Below, one piece after another: positions 9,857 through 19,218 of a stretch of DNA of 64,000 nucleotides. Source of the DNA: Armatimonadota bacterium (GTDB taxonomy: Bacteria > Armatimonadota > UBA5829 > DTLH01); assembly GCA_039679675.1 (NCBI GenBank), contig JBDKUN010000028.1, positions 32,001 to 96,000 of the forward strand, written 5' to 3'. The stretch's first letter is position 1. Each line of letters opens with the position of its first letter. The position numbers were made by a program, and so were the translations under genes. A model generated the notes under the pieces. That model searched no databases, was not told the DNA's origin, and worked only from the letters and a program-made list of their open reading frames with translations.

Positions 9857-11308
9857 TCACCCTTTTACTACGCCGAGCGGGCGCATCCGAGCAACTTTGA
9901 GCGATATTCCTGCTCCGTGAGCTGCGTCAACGACGTTTGCAACATCCTTATAAGCAAAAGAGGCTTCCTCCGCAAGGGTTCCCCTGCTTGCCGCCCGGAC
10001 TGTAATGCCTTTTTCAGCTAAAATCTGCTGGATATTCTGGCCTCTGCCTTCTTTAGTTGCCGCATGCCGGGACATTACCCTTCCTGCGCCGTGGCAGGTA
10101 GAGCCGAAAGTCTCTTTCATCGCCCGCTCTGTCCCGACAAGAAGGTACGAGTAACGCCCCATGTCCCCAGGAATCAGCACAGGCTGGCCGATTGCCCTGT
10201 ACTGTGACGGAATATCCGGGTGTCCCGGACCGAAGGCGCGCGTAGCACCTTTTCTATGGACACAGAGCTTCATCTTTTTGCCGTCTACCACATGGTCTTC
10301 TATCTTTGCGATGTTGTGGGCGACATCGTATACCTGCCTCATGCCGAGCTTATGAGCGCCTGCGCCCATTACATTCTCGAATGCTTCTCTCACCCAGTGG
10401 GCGATGGCCTGCCGGTTCGCCCAGGCATAATTGGCCGCGCAGCTCATTGCCGCAAGATAGCGCTGCCCTTCTTCGGACTTGACCGGAGCGCATGCAAGCT
10501 GCCTGTCAGGGATAGAAATATTGTATTTTTGTATCGCCCGCTGCATCACGATCAGGCTGTCATCGCAGATCTGGTAACCGAAGCCTCTGGAGCCGGTGTG
10601 GATCATTACAGTGATCTGTCCTGGGCCGGTTATGCCGAATGCCTCAGCTGCTTCTGCGTCGAATATCTCCTCGACTACCTGGACTTCCAGAAAATGGTTC
10701 CCGGCGCCGAGTGTCCCGAGCTGAGGGCGGCCTCTCTGGACGGCTTTGCTGCTCACGACTGACGGATCGGCCGATTCCAGCTTTCCGCCCTGCTCCGTCA
10801 CTTCTATATCCTCAGCCCAGCCGAATCCTTGCTCCACCATCCATTTTGCGCCCTTTTTCATCACCTGCGCAAGCTCTGCTTCATTGACTCTGATCTTTCC
10901 TTCGCTACCGACTCCTGAAGGGACATCGAGAAAAAGCCTGTCGACCAGGTCTCCGATCTTGGGCTGGACTTCTTTTACGTTCAAATCCGTTCTAATCAGC
11001 CTCACGCCGCAGTTTATGTCGAACCCGACCCCTCCTGGGGATACCACGCCGTCTTCGACAGATGTAGCCGCGACCCCGCCTATCGGAAAACCGTAACCCC
11101 AGTGGATATCCGGCATAGCCATGGATCTCCCCTGGATTCCCGGCAGAAACGCGACATTCGCCACCTGCTCAAGTGATTCGTCGAGGTCCTCCATTATCTC
11201 TTCTGTCGCATAGATGAGCCCTTCCGTTCTCATCCCGTCTTTATAAGACTTGGGGATGAGCCAGCGGTAATCGTCCACTTTTTTAATGCGGTCCTTCCAC
11301 GAAGTCAT
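9857..11308 (-). CDS. rtcB: RNA 3'-phosphate/5'-OH ligase RtcB
   Basis: MPDIHWGYGFPIGG, GFDINCG, GAGNHFLE, HNIAK, HRKGAT, STCHGAGR. Confidence 0.96.
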   Translation of the reverse strand: MTSWKDRIKKVDDYRWLIPKSYKDGMRTEGLIYATEEIMEDLDESLEQVANVAFLPGIQGRSMAMPDIHWGYGFPIGGVAATSVEDGVVSPGGVGFDINCGVRLIRTDLNVKEVQPKIGDLVDRLFLDVPSGVGSEGKIRVNEAELAQVMKKGAKWMVEQGFGWAEDIEVTEQGGKLESADPSVVSSKAVQRGRPQLGTLGAGNHFLEVQVVEEIFDAEAAEAFGITGPGQITVMIHTGSRGFGYQICDDSLIVMQRAIQKYNISIPDRQLACAPVKSEEGQRYLAAMSCAANYAWANRQAIAHWVREAFENVMGAGAHKLGMRQVYDVAHNIAKIEDHVVDGKKMKLCVHRKGATRAFGPGHPDIPSQYRAIGQPVLIPGDMGRYSYLLVGTERAMKETFGSTCHGAGRVMSRHAATKEGRGQNIQQILAEKGITVRAASRGTLAEEASFAYKDVANVVDAAHGAGISLKVARMRPLGVVKG

Positions 11309-11343
11309 TTGAAGCTCCTTTTTAGCTGCCAGCTGAGCTGCGT

Positions 11344-11727
11344 CTACGCAGCCTGAGTGCGCTTACGGCAGCCTGTCAAATAGCTGATGCCGAAGCCGGC
11401 GAAAAATATAGCCAGATAGATCACGTAGTACTCTATATTTCTAATCAGCGGCAAACTGTCATCCTTTACAGCAGGGCTGAATATGAAAGTAAACACAAAA
11501 AGCCACGCCGCACGACCACCCTTCCAACCCCACCAAAATCCAAATACAAGCCCGGTAAAAACCGGCACGATTATTCTTGTGTTATGCCGCTGTGATGGAA
11601 ACAACTGTGCTGCCAATGCAAAGAACGCCGTAATAACAATCCCTACTATAAGGCCTTTGAAGTAAAGACCCAATACAGACCTGTCAATCCTTCTGTTCAG
11701 ATCAGCTAACCTCTTAAACAAGTTCAT
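11344..11727 (-). CDS. Hypothetical membrane protein
   Basis: About 4 hydrophobic segments, co-oriented with flanking genes. Confidence 0.6.
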   Translation of the reverse strand: MNLFKRLADLNRRIDRSVLGLYFKGLIVGIVITAFFALAAQLFPSQRHNTRIIVPVFTGLVFGFWWGWKGGRAAWLFVFTFIFSPAVKDDSLPLIRNIEYYVIYLAIFFAGFGISYLTGCRKRTQAA

Positions 11728-11770
11728 AACAATCTCCAATGAATGCTCTTACTTGCCATTATGTGGACAG

Positions 11771-12253
11771 CTACTCGTGCTTTTTCCTGATAATCCGGCT
11801 GGATTTAAGCGCTCTCATGAACCTTTCAGCGAACTCGGGGTCTTCAATCCCTTCCGCGGCCTGCTTTATCCTTTCGAGTTCGTTTTCTGTGAGAGAAGGC
11901 TCCTCACTTCTCTTCTTCGAAAACCCTTTTTCTTCCTCTGAATCTTTATTTTTCTTAAAACCTCTCCCTGAGAGGCGAATTTCCTTGATTATATTTGCTC
12001 CGAGCTTCTCATTCAGCTTTTTGATGATGACCGGCCTCAGGAAATGCAGTTCCTGCGCCCACATACTATCTCTACAAGAGACGTATACTACGCCGTCTAT
12101 TACCCTCTCCGCTCTTGTGACGGATGCCGTTTTTTCGCCTACTACATCTGCCCAGAGATCAAGCGCGGCTTTTTCCTGAACAGCGCCCTTCAGCCCGACC
12201 CGTTCTATCCCGGATTTTACAAGATCACCTAGAAAAGAGAATTCTTTTCTCAT
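11771..12253 (-). CDS. dciA: DUF721 / DciA family replicative helicase operator
   Basis: WADVVG, DSMWAQEL, KLNEKLG motifs; overlaps recF stop. Confidence 0.8.
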   Translation of the reverse strand: MRKEFSFLGDLVKSGIERVGLKGAVQEKAALDLWADVVGEKTASVTRAERVIDGVVYVSCRDSMWAQELHFLRPVIIKKLNEKLGANIIKEIRLSGRGFKKNKDSEEEKGFSKKRSEEPSLTENELERIKQAAEGIEDPEFAERFMRALKSSRIIRKKHE

Positions 12254-13368
12254 ATCTTTTTCACCTTACCGGAATCTACCTCGAATATTTCGGCCTTTTC
12301 CACAATTTCATCCGGCAGTTCATTCAGAGAGGTCGCGGTAACGAGGGTCTGGCACCTGCCGAATGTAAGGTCGAATACCTGTTTTCTTCTCTGTTCATCG
12401 AGTTCAGCTCCGACATCGTCCAGAAGCGCTACAGGAGGTTCGCCGACCATCTCTTCGACGAGTTCTATCTCAGCGAGCTTGACAGCAAGAGCAACGGATC
12501 GCTGCTGTCCCTGCGAGCCGAAAGCCCTGACTTCCATACCGTTGACCTTGAACGATATATCGTCCCTGTGAGGCCCTTTAGTAGTCGTCTTTCGAAGGAT
12601 GTCGTTTTCTCTCGACTGTTTAAGCTGCCTGCCGAAAGTTTCTTTGATCTCTTCCAGATTTTTAGGATCGTCCAGCTTTACACTAGGCTCGTAAGCGATT
12701 TCAAGTCTTTCCTGCCCACCGGAGAGCCTTTCGTAAACCGGCTCGGCTATTTCAGCAAGCCTTCTCACGAAGACCAGGCGTTTTTCTATCATACTCGAGC
12801 CGTAGTTTACGAGCTGATCATCCCAGATGTCTATGGACCTTGCTGTCCCACCGCCGAAACGGAGTTCTTTGATCGCGCTGTTTCTTTGGTCGAGGACTCT
12901 TTTGTACCTTCCGAACGAATAAACGTACTGAGGACTCACCTGGGAGATCTCCAAATTTAAGAACCTTCTCCTGTGAGAGGGATCGAGCTTTATCATATCC
13001 AGATCTGTGGCTGAAAAGATAACCGCGTTGAGCTGGCCTACTATATCTCCTACCTTCTCACGTTTTACCTTGTTTACCCGAACAGTTTTTTTCTCAACAC
13101 GGCTCAGTGTAAGTTCGAGAATGACTTCTTCGCGTTTTTCTCTGTCTACTTCGGCCGTTATTCTTGTCCAATCAGCTCCAAGCCGTATCAGTTCTGCATC
13201 TCTGGACGTGCGGTGAGACTTACTCGTAGCCAAAGCATATAAGGCTTCGAGTATCGCTGTCTTTCCCTGTCCGTTCGGACCCACGAAGATATTCATTCCC
13301 TGTCCAAGATGGACAGAGTTGTCCAAGTGGTTCCGAAAATTAATAAGGTGAAGGTAAGTTATCCTCAT
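12250..13368 (-). CDS. recF: DNA replication/repair protein RecF
   Basis: NFRN, GPNGQGKT, GPHRDD, SQGQQRS, LLDDV. Confidence 0.97.
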   Translation of the reverse strand: MRITYLHLINFRNHLDNSVHLGQGMNIFVGPNGQGKTAILEALYALATSKSHRTSRDAELIRLGADWTRITAEVDREKREEVILELTLSRVEKKTVRVNKVKREKVGDIVGQLNAVIFSATDLDMIKLDPSHRRRFLNLEISQVSPQYVYSFGRYKRVLDQRNSAIKELRFGGGTARSIDIWDDQLVNYGSSMIEKRLVFVRRLAEIAEPVYERLSGGQERLEIAYEPSVKLDDPKNLEEIKETFGRQLKQSRENDILRKTTTKGPHRDDISFKVNGMEVRAFGSQGQQRSVALAVKLAEIELVEEMVGEPPVALLDDVGAELDEQRRKQVFDLTFGRCQTLVTATSLNELPDEIVEKAEIFEVDSGKVKKI

Positions 13369-13369
13369 G

Positions 13370-13600
13370 GCTTAAGTAAATTCTTAAAATCAAATTATTA
13401 TATATAATATCTTATTGTAATAGTAATGCCGGTGGATACTGTGGAAACGGCTGTATTTCACGCTTGACCCACTCTTGGCAGGTTCTGTTGACAACCCAGT
13501 GGGCATTATAGCAGGGATATTCCAGGTTTTGGGGATAAAAAACTGTGGATTACAATAAACAGTTTATAAACAAGGGACTCCACAGAGTAATCCACAGGCC
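13370..13600. other. Probable chromosomal replication origin (oriC)
   Basis: AT-rich tract 13372-13427, DnaA-trio-like TAA TAG TAA (13418-13426), GC spacer, then DnaA-box variants at 13431, 13440, 13486, 13530, 13544, 13564, 13576, 13588. Confidence 0.8.
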
Positions 13601-13618
13601 GAGCAAAGACAAAAAACT

Positions 13619-15778
13619 CTAATCTTTGCTTACTCTTTCCAGCTTGGCGTAAGCGACAGACAGCTTCTTTAGGCCATTACCATCGAAAGCCACAGTTACC
13701 TGTTCTTTAACCCCTTCTCCAGTGGAATTTAGAACAAGACCTTTCCCAAACTCTGGATGGGTCACTTTTTCACCAGGACGGAATGTGGCAGCAGCAGAAC
13801 TTCTCTTAGGCTCGAATCCAGATTTAAGCACATTCCGGCTGCTTCCCGCGTTTCTTTTTATGAGAAGATGGTCCGGCACTTCCGTAAGGAAACGGGACCT
13901 GCCGCTTCTTAGTGTCTGTCCCATAAAAGTCCTGAGATGCGCAAAGGAGAGATGCAGTTCTTCCTTTGCCCTGGTCATACCCACATAACAAAGCCTGCGT
14001 TCTTCCTCCAGTTCATCCCTGCTGTTCATAGACCTCTGATGTGGAAAAAGCCCTTCTTCCATTCCGACGATGAAGACGACCGGATACTCAAGCCCCTTTG
14101 CAGAGTGCATGGTCATCAAAGTGACGGCGTTTCCGCTTTCCTCATAGGTGTCTATGTCGGAAATAAGCGCGACCTGCTCCAGAAATGAGCGAAGTGAGCT
14201 GTCTTCGGAAGACTTAGTGAACTCTTCGGTGACGGATAGAAGCTCTTTTACGTTTTCAATCCGCGACTGGGCATCCATGCTCTTGTCAGCTTTCATGTGA
14301 GTCATGTAGCCTGAATGTTCGAGGGCTTCCTCGATGAGCCGCTGGACCGAATAACTCTCTTTTTTGTTGTATAGAAACTCGATGAGAGCGACGAAGGTCT
14401 TTATCTCCCGCCGCGCCTTATTCTGGATGTCCGGTATTTCATCCGCGCGCTTCAAAGCGTCCCAGAAAGGGATGTCATTGTTCTCAGCGAACTGCTCCAA
14501 CCGCGAAACCGTCGTCGGGCCGATCCCCCTCGGAGGAGTGTTGATAACCCTCTTCAGGCTGATGCTCTCGTAAGGGTTCGACGCGAGCCGGAGGTATGCC
14601 AGAACATCCTTGATCTCTTTTCTTTCGTAGAACCGAAGAGACCCTACAAGCACATAGGGAACGCGGTATGAGAGAAAAACATCTTCAAACACGCGCGACT
14701 GGGCGTTCATCCTGTAAAGGATCACAAAGTCAGAATAGCGCCTGCCTTCGGCCACATTGTTCTGGATCGTATTCGCTATATGGATGGCTTCTTCCTGCTC
14801 ATTAGCAGCTTCATATACGTCTATCCCGCGGCCGTGGGCATTTTCGGTCCAAAGCTCCTTATCCCGCCTGGACAGGTTCCGGCTGACTACTTCATGGGCA
14901 GCTTCAAGGATCGTTTTCGTCGACCTGTAGTTCTGCTCCAGCTTGAAAACCTTCGCGTCGGGGTAATCCGTCTCAAACTGCAGGATCAGCCCCACATCGG
15001 CGCCGCGCCACCTGTAAATACTCTGGTCGTCATCCCCGACACAGCAGATATTTCTGTGTTTTCCCGCTATAAGCTTCACGAGGGTATACTGCGACAGGTT
15101 GATGTCCTGATACTCGTCTACCATTACGTATCGGAACTTGTCCTGATAGTATTCGAGCACTTCAGGGTGCTCTTTGAATAGCCGGACGGTCCAGAATATG
15201 AGGTCGTCAAAATCCAGCGCCGAGTTTTCGCGCAGTTTTTTCTCGTACTGCTTATAAATTCTCCCGACTACCTGCTCGAATTCCCCACGGAACTTGTTCG
15301 GAAACTGTTCCGGCGTGACCAGCTTCTCTTTTGCTGAAGAGATGATACTGAGCACCGGTCTAGGCTGATATTTCTTCTCCGGCAGACCCATCTGTTCAAC
15401 GCATTCGTTGATAAGGGCGCTCTGGTCCCCTGTATCGAAGATGGTGAAGTCGCGCGAAAGCCCCATCACATCGCCGTGGGTCCTCAGGATGCGCGCGCAG
15501 GTGGAGTGGAAAGTTCCGGCCCATATCTTGCGGGACTCCCTGCCTATGAGACTCTCTATCCGCTCCTTCATTTCCTTAGCAGCCTTGTTGGTAAATGTGA
15601 CGGCAAGGATGCTGGATGGAGAAATACCCATCTCTCCAACGAGATAAGCGATCCGGTAGGTGAGAGCGCGGGTCTTGCCGCTTCCTGCGCCTGCGACAAT
15701 GAGAGTAGGCCCTTCGGTGTTTTGGACAGCCTCGCGCTGTGCCGAATTGAGATGATCGAGGATACTTTTTTCAGCCAT
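13619..15778 (-). CDS. pcrA: ATP-dependent DNA helicase PcrA/UvrD
   Basis: AGAGSGKT, VTFTNKAA, DEYQD, VGDDDQSIY, NYRST, HSAKGLE, EERRLCYVGMTRA, C-terminal Tudor-like V.HPEFGKG. Confidence 0.96.
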   Translation of the reverse strand: MAEKSILDHLNSAQREAVQNTEGPTLIVAGAGSGKTRALTYRIAYLVGEMGISPSSILAVTFTNKAAKEMKERIESLIGRESRKIWAGTFHSTCARILRTHGDVMGLSRDFTIFDTGDQSALINECVEQMGLPEKKYQPRPVLSIISSAKEKLVTPEQFPNKFRGEFEQVVGRIYKQYEKKLRENSALDFDDLIFWTVRLFKEHPEVLEYYQDKFRYVMVDEYQDINLSQYTLVKLIAGKHRNICCVGDDDQSIYRWRGADVGLILQFETDYPDAKVFKLEQNYRSTKTILEAAHEVVSRNLSRRDKELWTENAHGRGIDVYEAANEQEEAIHIANTIQNNVAEGRRYSDFVILYRMNAQSRVFEDVFLSYRVPYVLVGSLRFYERKEIKDVLAYLRLASNPYESISLKRVINTPPRGIGPTTVSRLEQFAENNDIPFWDALKRADEIPDIQNKARREIKTFVALIEFLYNKKESYSVQRLIEEALEHSGYMTHMKADKSMDAQSRIENVKELLSVTEEFTKSSEDSSLRSFLEQVALISDIDTYEESGNAVTLMTMHSAKGLEYPVVFIVGMEEGLFPHQRSMNSRDELEEERRLCYVGMTRAKEELHLSFAHLRTFMGQTLRSGRSRFLTEVPDHLLIKRNAGSSRNVLKSGFEPKRSSAAATFRPGEKVTHPEFGKGLVLNSTGEGVKEQVTVAFDGNGLKKLSVAYAKLERVSKD

Positions 15779-15876
15779 AAAATAATAAAAACGTGCGGAA
15801 GAGAGTTCATTCCGCACGGTAATTTGCTGCTATATTATAAATCAAAGCCCACAGGAAAGCCAGCTCAGCCAAACAC

Positions 15877-15907
15877 AAAAGCCGGGGAGTGGCGGTTCCC
15901 CGGCTTT
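15877..15907 (-). terminator. Intrinsic terminator overlapping the 3' part of the cobalamin aptamer
   Basis: Minus strand AAAGCCGGGGA-8 nt-TCCCCGGCTTT followed by TGTGTTT. Confidence 0.7.
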
Positions 15908-15986
15908 GCTTACAGCGGCGGGCCCGTGATGGGCTTTCACCATCTTCCCTATTGTTTTGCCTTTTTCGGGCGGGCAACCCCACCTC
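15887..15986 (-). ncRNA. Cobalamin (B12) riboswitch aptamer, short-P6 type
   Basis: Minus strand AGGTGGGGTT...AATAGGGAAGATGGTGAAAGCCCATCACGGGCCCGCCGCTGTAAGCAAAGCCGGGGAACCGCCAC fits the AGGGAA/P4 T-loop/P5/CTGTAA/B12-box pattern. Confidence 0.8.
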
Positions 15987-16005
15987 GATATTTAGTTTTC
16001 CACAC

Positions 16006-16034
16006 ACATTACCGCGCGATACTTCTTCTGTCAA
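16006..16034 (-). promoter_or_regulatory. sigma70 promoter upstream of the B12 riboswitch, with DnaA box near +1
   Basis: TTGACA-N17-TAATGT on minus strand; TTTTCCACA at 15996-16004. Confidence 0.6.
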
Positions 16035-16154
16035 GGTAATTACGTGGGGAAATTCGCCCCGTGTAATTTAACGTAATTACCGTTGTAGACAGAAGGAGCT
16101 TCTGCTATAATCGGTGAGTCGCTGGGGGGCGTCGTCCAAAGTTTTGCACAGGGA

Positions 16155-17558
16155 GTGGGGAAGTTGGCGAAGCAACTCCAATTAGGCGAGAACGATGAAT
16201 TCCTGGCGCTGGGAAGCGCATGGGAACAGGCTTGTGACGCGTTGTCCAAGAGGGTAACTAAGCCCTCCTTCGAGAGCTGGATCAAACCGATTATTCCGCT
16301 GTCTTTCGAAGACGGCGTTGCGATTTTAGGCACCCCCAGTAGGTTTGCGAAGCACTGGCTCGAAGGAAAATACCTGGACGAGATCAAGTCCCTCCTTGAA
16401 GAACAGCTTGGACAGGGAATTCGCGTAGTACTACGCCAGTCAGATGATGAAGCACCGGGACTCCTGCAGGAGCCTCTTCCGCCTGTACGGAAAAGAGCCG
16501 CCTCGGCAGACGAAGAACCTGCGTCTATCCCGCTCAACCCCAGATATAATTTCGATACGTTTGTAGTAGGGCCATGCAACAGGCTGGCACATGCGACCGC
16601 AGTAGCTATCTCCGAAGTTCCAGGAAGTACATATAACCCGCTGTTCCTCTACGGAATGGCAGGACTTGGAAAAACTCACCTGATGCATGCGATAGGGCTC
16701 GGTATACAGGAAAACCACCCGGAGCTGAGAGTGGCGTATGTCAGGGGAGAGACTTTCACCTACCAGTATGTGACCGCGCTCAGAGAACACCGGATATCAG
16801 AGTTCCGGCGCAGGTACAGAAACGTCGATGTCTGGCTGCTGGACGACGTGCAGTTTCTGGTCGGAAAAGAACGGACGGAAGAAGAGTTCTTCCACACTTA
16901 TAACGCTCTATATGACAGCGGCAAACAGGTGGTGATGACGAGCGACAGAGCCCCGAAAGACCTGGAGCTCGATAACAGGCTTCTATCCCGCTTCGAATGC
17001 GGAATGGTCACTGATATTGTCGCACCGGACCTCGAGACCAGGATAGCTATCCTTGAGGAAAAGGCCGTAAGGGAGAATATGGAACTCCCGGACGATGTCG
17101 CACTGTATGTCGCAGAGATCATAAAGAACAATATCCGCCAGCTTGAAGGCGCGCTTATCAAACTGCATGCGTATGCCGCACTCATGAAGACTCCGATCAG
17201 CAGGGATTTGGCCGAAGAAGTGATTGGAAGCTACTTCAAAGAGGCTGATAAATCGCTCCCACTCGACCCTCGGATAGTTCAGCTTGCCGTAAGCCGCAAG
17301 CTAAACGTGAGCGTCGACGATATGGTCGGAAAAAAGAGGAGTCAGGAGATAGTCAAAGCCCGTCAGGTGGCTATGTACCTCTCGCGCGAGCTGACCAGTG
17401 CCTCACTGCCTTCTATAGGCAAGGCTTTCGGCGGCAAGGACCATACCACAGTGCTGCACTCTATCCAGAAGATCACAAAGCTGATCGAGTCGGACACAAA
17501 ACTCTCCGAATCCGTCTCAGAGATAACCGCCGAGCTAAAAAGCGGAAGCCAGAGCTGA
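16155..17558 (+). CDS. dnaA: Chromosomal replication initiator DnaA
   Basis: YNFDTFVVG, YNPLFLYGMAGLGKTHL, LLDDVQF, NIRQLEGAL, RQVAMYL, GGKDHTTV. Confidence 0.98.
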   Translation: MGKLAKQLQLGENDEFLALGSAWEQACDALSKRVTKPSFESWIKPIIPLSFEDGVAILGTPSRFAKHWLEGKYLDEIKSLLEEQLGQGIRVVLRQSDDEAPGLLQEPLPPVRKRAASADEEPASIPLNPRYNFDTFVVGPCNRLAHATAVAISEVPGSTYNPLFLYGMAGLGKTHLMHAIGLGIQENHPELRVAYVRGETFTYQYVTALREHRISEFRRRYRNVDVWLLDDVQFLVGKERTEEEFFHTYNALYDSGKQVVMTSDRAPKDLELDNRLLSRFECGMVTDIVAPDLETRIAILEEKAVRENMELPDDVALYVAEIIKNNIRQLEGALIKLHAYAALMKTPISRDLAEEVIGSYFKEADKSLPLDPRIVQLAVSRKLNVSVDDMVGKKRSQEIVKARQVAMYLSRELTSASLPSIGKAFGGKDHTTVLHSIQKITKLIESDTKLSESVSEITAELKSGSQS

Positions 17559-17565
17559 AGACCTA

Positions 17566-18495
17566 CTATCTGCCGGGTAATTTCAGGTTGTATCTTTCCC
17601 GCAAGCCCCTTGGAATAACAATTGCGAGCTTGGCATCGGCTTTTCTGGCATTGCGGATGACAGCAAGCAGGAACTGGGCGTTTTCTTTATCAAAATACTT
17701 ACCTTCGCGTGATCTCAAGTCTCGAATATACATCTCACTGCCATCCCGGGATTCGATGAGCACGCAGCGGGAACCGTAGTCGTCCTCTTCTCCAAAACGT
17801 ACATCCGATACATCGTTCCAATGGATTAATATCATATTTGCAGCCTGGGCCGTGCTTGATTGTGAAATATAATCCGCTCGCAATTCGTAGTTTCGGGGGC
17901 CACCAGCATCTTCCGGCGCATTGTCGATATAGTCAATCTCATCGGGGATATCTTCCGGTATTTCAGCCCAAATTGAAAGCGAATCATCAGATAAAATGAA
18001 GCCCCCCGCTTTGCCGTACCTGCTTAAGTGCTGCCGGATTGATGCCTCAATCAATTCGTAATGAGTTTCAACCGGCGCAGTAAAACTTATTATGGTTGTA
18101 TTGCTTTTGACTACAATATCTTTTGTATAGCGGCTATCTTCGGGAGTAGTGTAGGCATCCACAACATCCTGCCATGCAATAAATCTTTTCCGACTAAAAC
18201 TCTCAATTTCAATTCCGGTTTTATCTACAATCACCTTAATACCAGACAGGCGGGCATAAAGAAAAAAGAGTATGCAGCAAGCGACAAGATACAGCGAAAA
18301 AGCATAATATCGAGTGACAATCAGGTATATCAGGCTGCCTATAATCGGAAGGCAACAAAGCGGGTTCCAACCACCGAAATTCATCCTGGTTTCTTCCAGG
18401 CTCGGTAGTTCTGGTAGGTTCAGTGTAGAATTGTCTGATGTCGGTGCCATAGGCTTAATAGAATCATACAACGGCGTTCCGCTGATTTCCTTCAT
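17566..18495 (-). CDS. Hypothetical membrane protein with possible bacterial PH-like domains
   Basis: Two N-terminal TM helices; IAWQDV and IHWNDV motifs. Confidence 0.55.
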   Translation of the reverse strand: MKEISGTPLYDSIKPMAPTSDNSTLNLPELPSLEETRMNFGGWNPLCCLPIIGSLIYLIVTRYYAFSLYLVACCILFFLYARLSGIKVIVDKTGIEIESFSRKRFIAWQDVVDAYTTPEDSRYTKDIVVKSNTTIISFTAPVETHYELIEASIRQHLSRYGKAGGFILSDDSLSIWAEIPEDIPDEIDYIDNAPEDAGGPRNYELRADYISQSSTAQAANMILIHWNDVSDVRFGEEDDYGSRCVLIESRDGSEMYIRDLRSREGKYFDKENAQFLLAVIRNARKADAKLAIVIPRGLRERYNLKLPGR

Positions 18496-18532
18496 ATTCA
18501 GGATGACATTTTGGGTGTATGTCGATAGATAG

Positions 18533-18583
18533 CTGGGGCATGGATGCCCAGGAGAATCAGACCGGGGGCATGGATCCCCCCGG
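18533..18583. repeat. Tandem pair of REP-like palindromes
   Basis: CTGGGGCATGGATGCCCAG and CCGGGGGCATGGATCCCCCCGG. Confidence 0.55.
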
Positions 18584-18737
18584 CCATCAAACTAGTTATA
18601 ATTTTTGTATCGAGCTGACCTCATAACTCATACCTCAACACTGTTTTTCTATGTTTATTATCCAACATGTGCGGGCATATAATTCATGGGCTTGGGTGCA
18701 AGCCCTATTCATGCTAAACGAAAGGGAGGGTGGAACG

Positions 18738-19046
18738 ATGCACCGCGAAGAGAGAGAATCCGGACAACTTCGGTTCTCAGAACGTGATTTCAAGGTATGC
18801 GATTTCTGCGGCGCGCTCAACAGAGTAGAGAACTCAGAGTGTTTTATATGCGGTTGGTACGGTGTGTTCCACCGCGACCCCGATATAGTCAAACAGGCAA
18901 TCATGGAGTTCGAGGAGCAGTACGGCGGCCTGAACGACAACCTCATCGCTGAAGAACTGCTGCCGGACGAAAGCCGCGGCCCCGGCTGGTTCTCGACCCT
19001 CATTGAGAAGATAAAGCTGTTCCTGAGCAGCAGAGAAGCAGCCTGA
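18738..19046 (+). CDS. Zinc-ribbon-like hypothetical protein
   Basis: CDFCGALN and CFICGW; GGAGG SD before ATG 18738. Confidence 0.7.
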   Translation: MHREERESGQLRFSERDFKVCDFCGALNRVENSECFICGWYGVFHRDPDIVKQAIMEFEEQYGGLNDNLIAEELLPDESRGPGWFSTLIEKIKLFLSSREAA

Positions 19047-19084
19047 AAAACAGGTCCAAATGGACCGATTGTGGCAGTCGAATG

Positions 19085-19115
19085 AGCCCGGGAAAGTAAA
19101 AGTACCGGGCTTTTT
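19085..19115 (+). terminator. Intrinsic terminator
   Basis: GCCCGG...CCGGGC followed by TTTTT. Confidence 0.55.
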
Positions 19116-19218
19116 GCTGTTTTATACCCCAACGCGCCAAATTGCTGCAGGAATTCTCCGCTGCAGAACTTAACGCAACAGTAGATAACTGCTGCAAGGA
19201 GTAATCAAAGCTGCACAA

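Noticed and set aside
15807..16071. rpmH or another small CDS divergent from dnaA
   Set aside because: The small ORFs lack the L34 sequence; the region is explained by the riboswitch and promoters.
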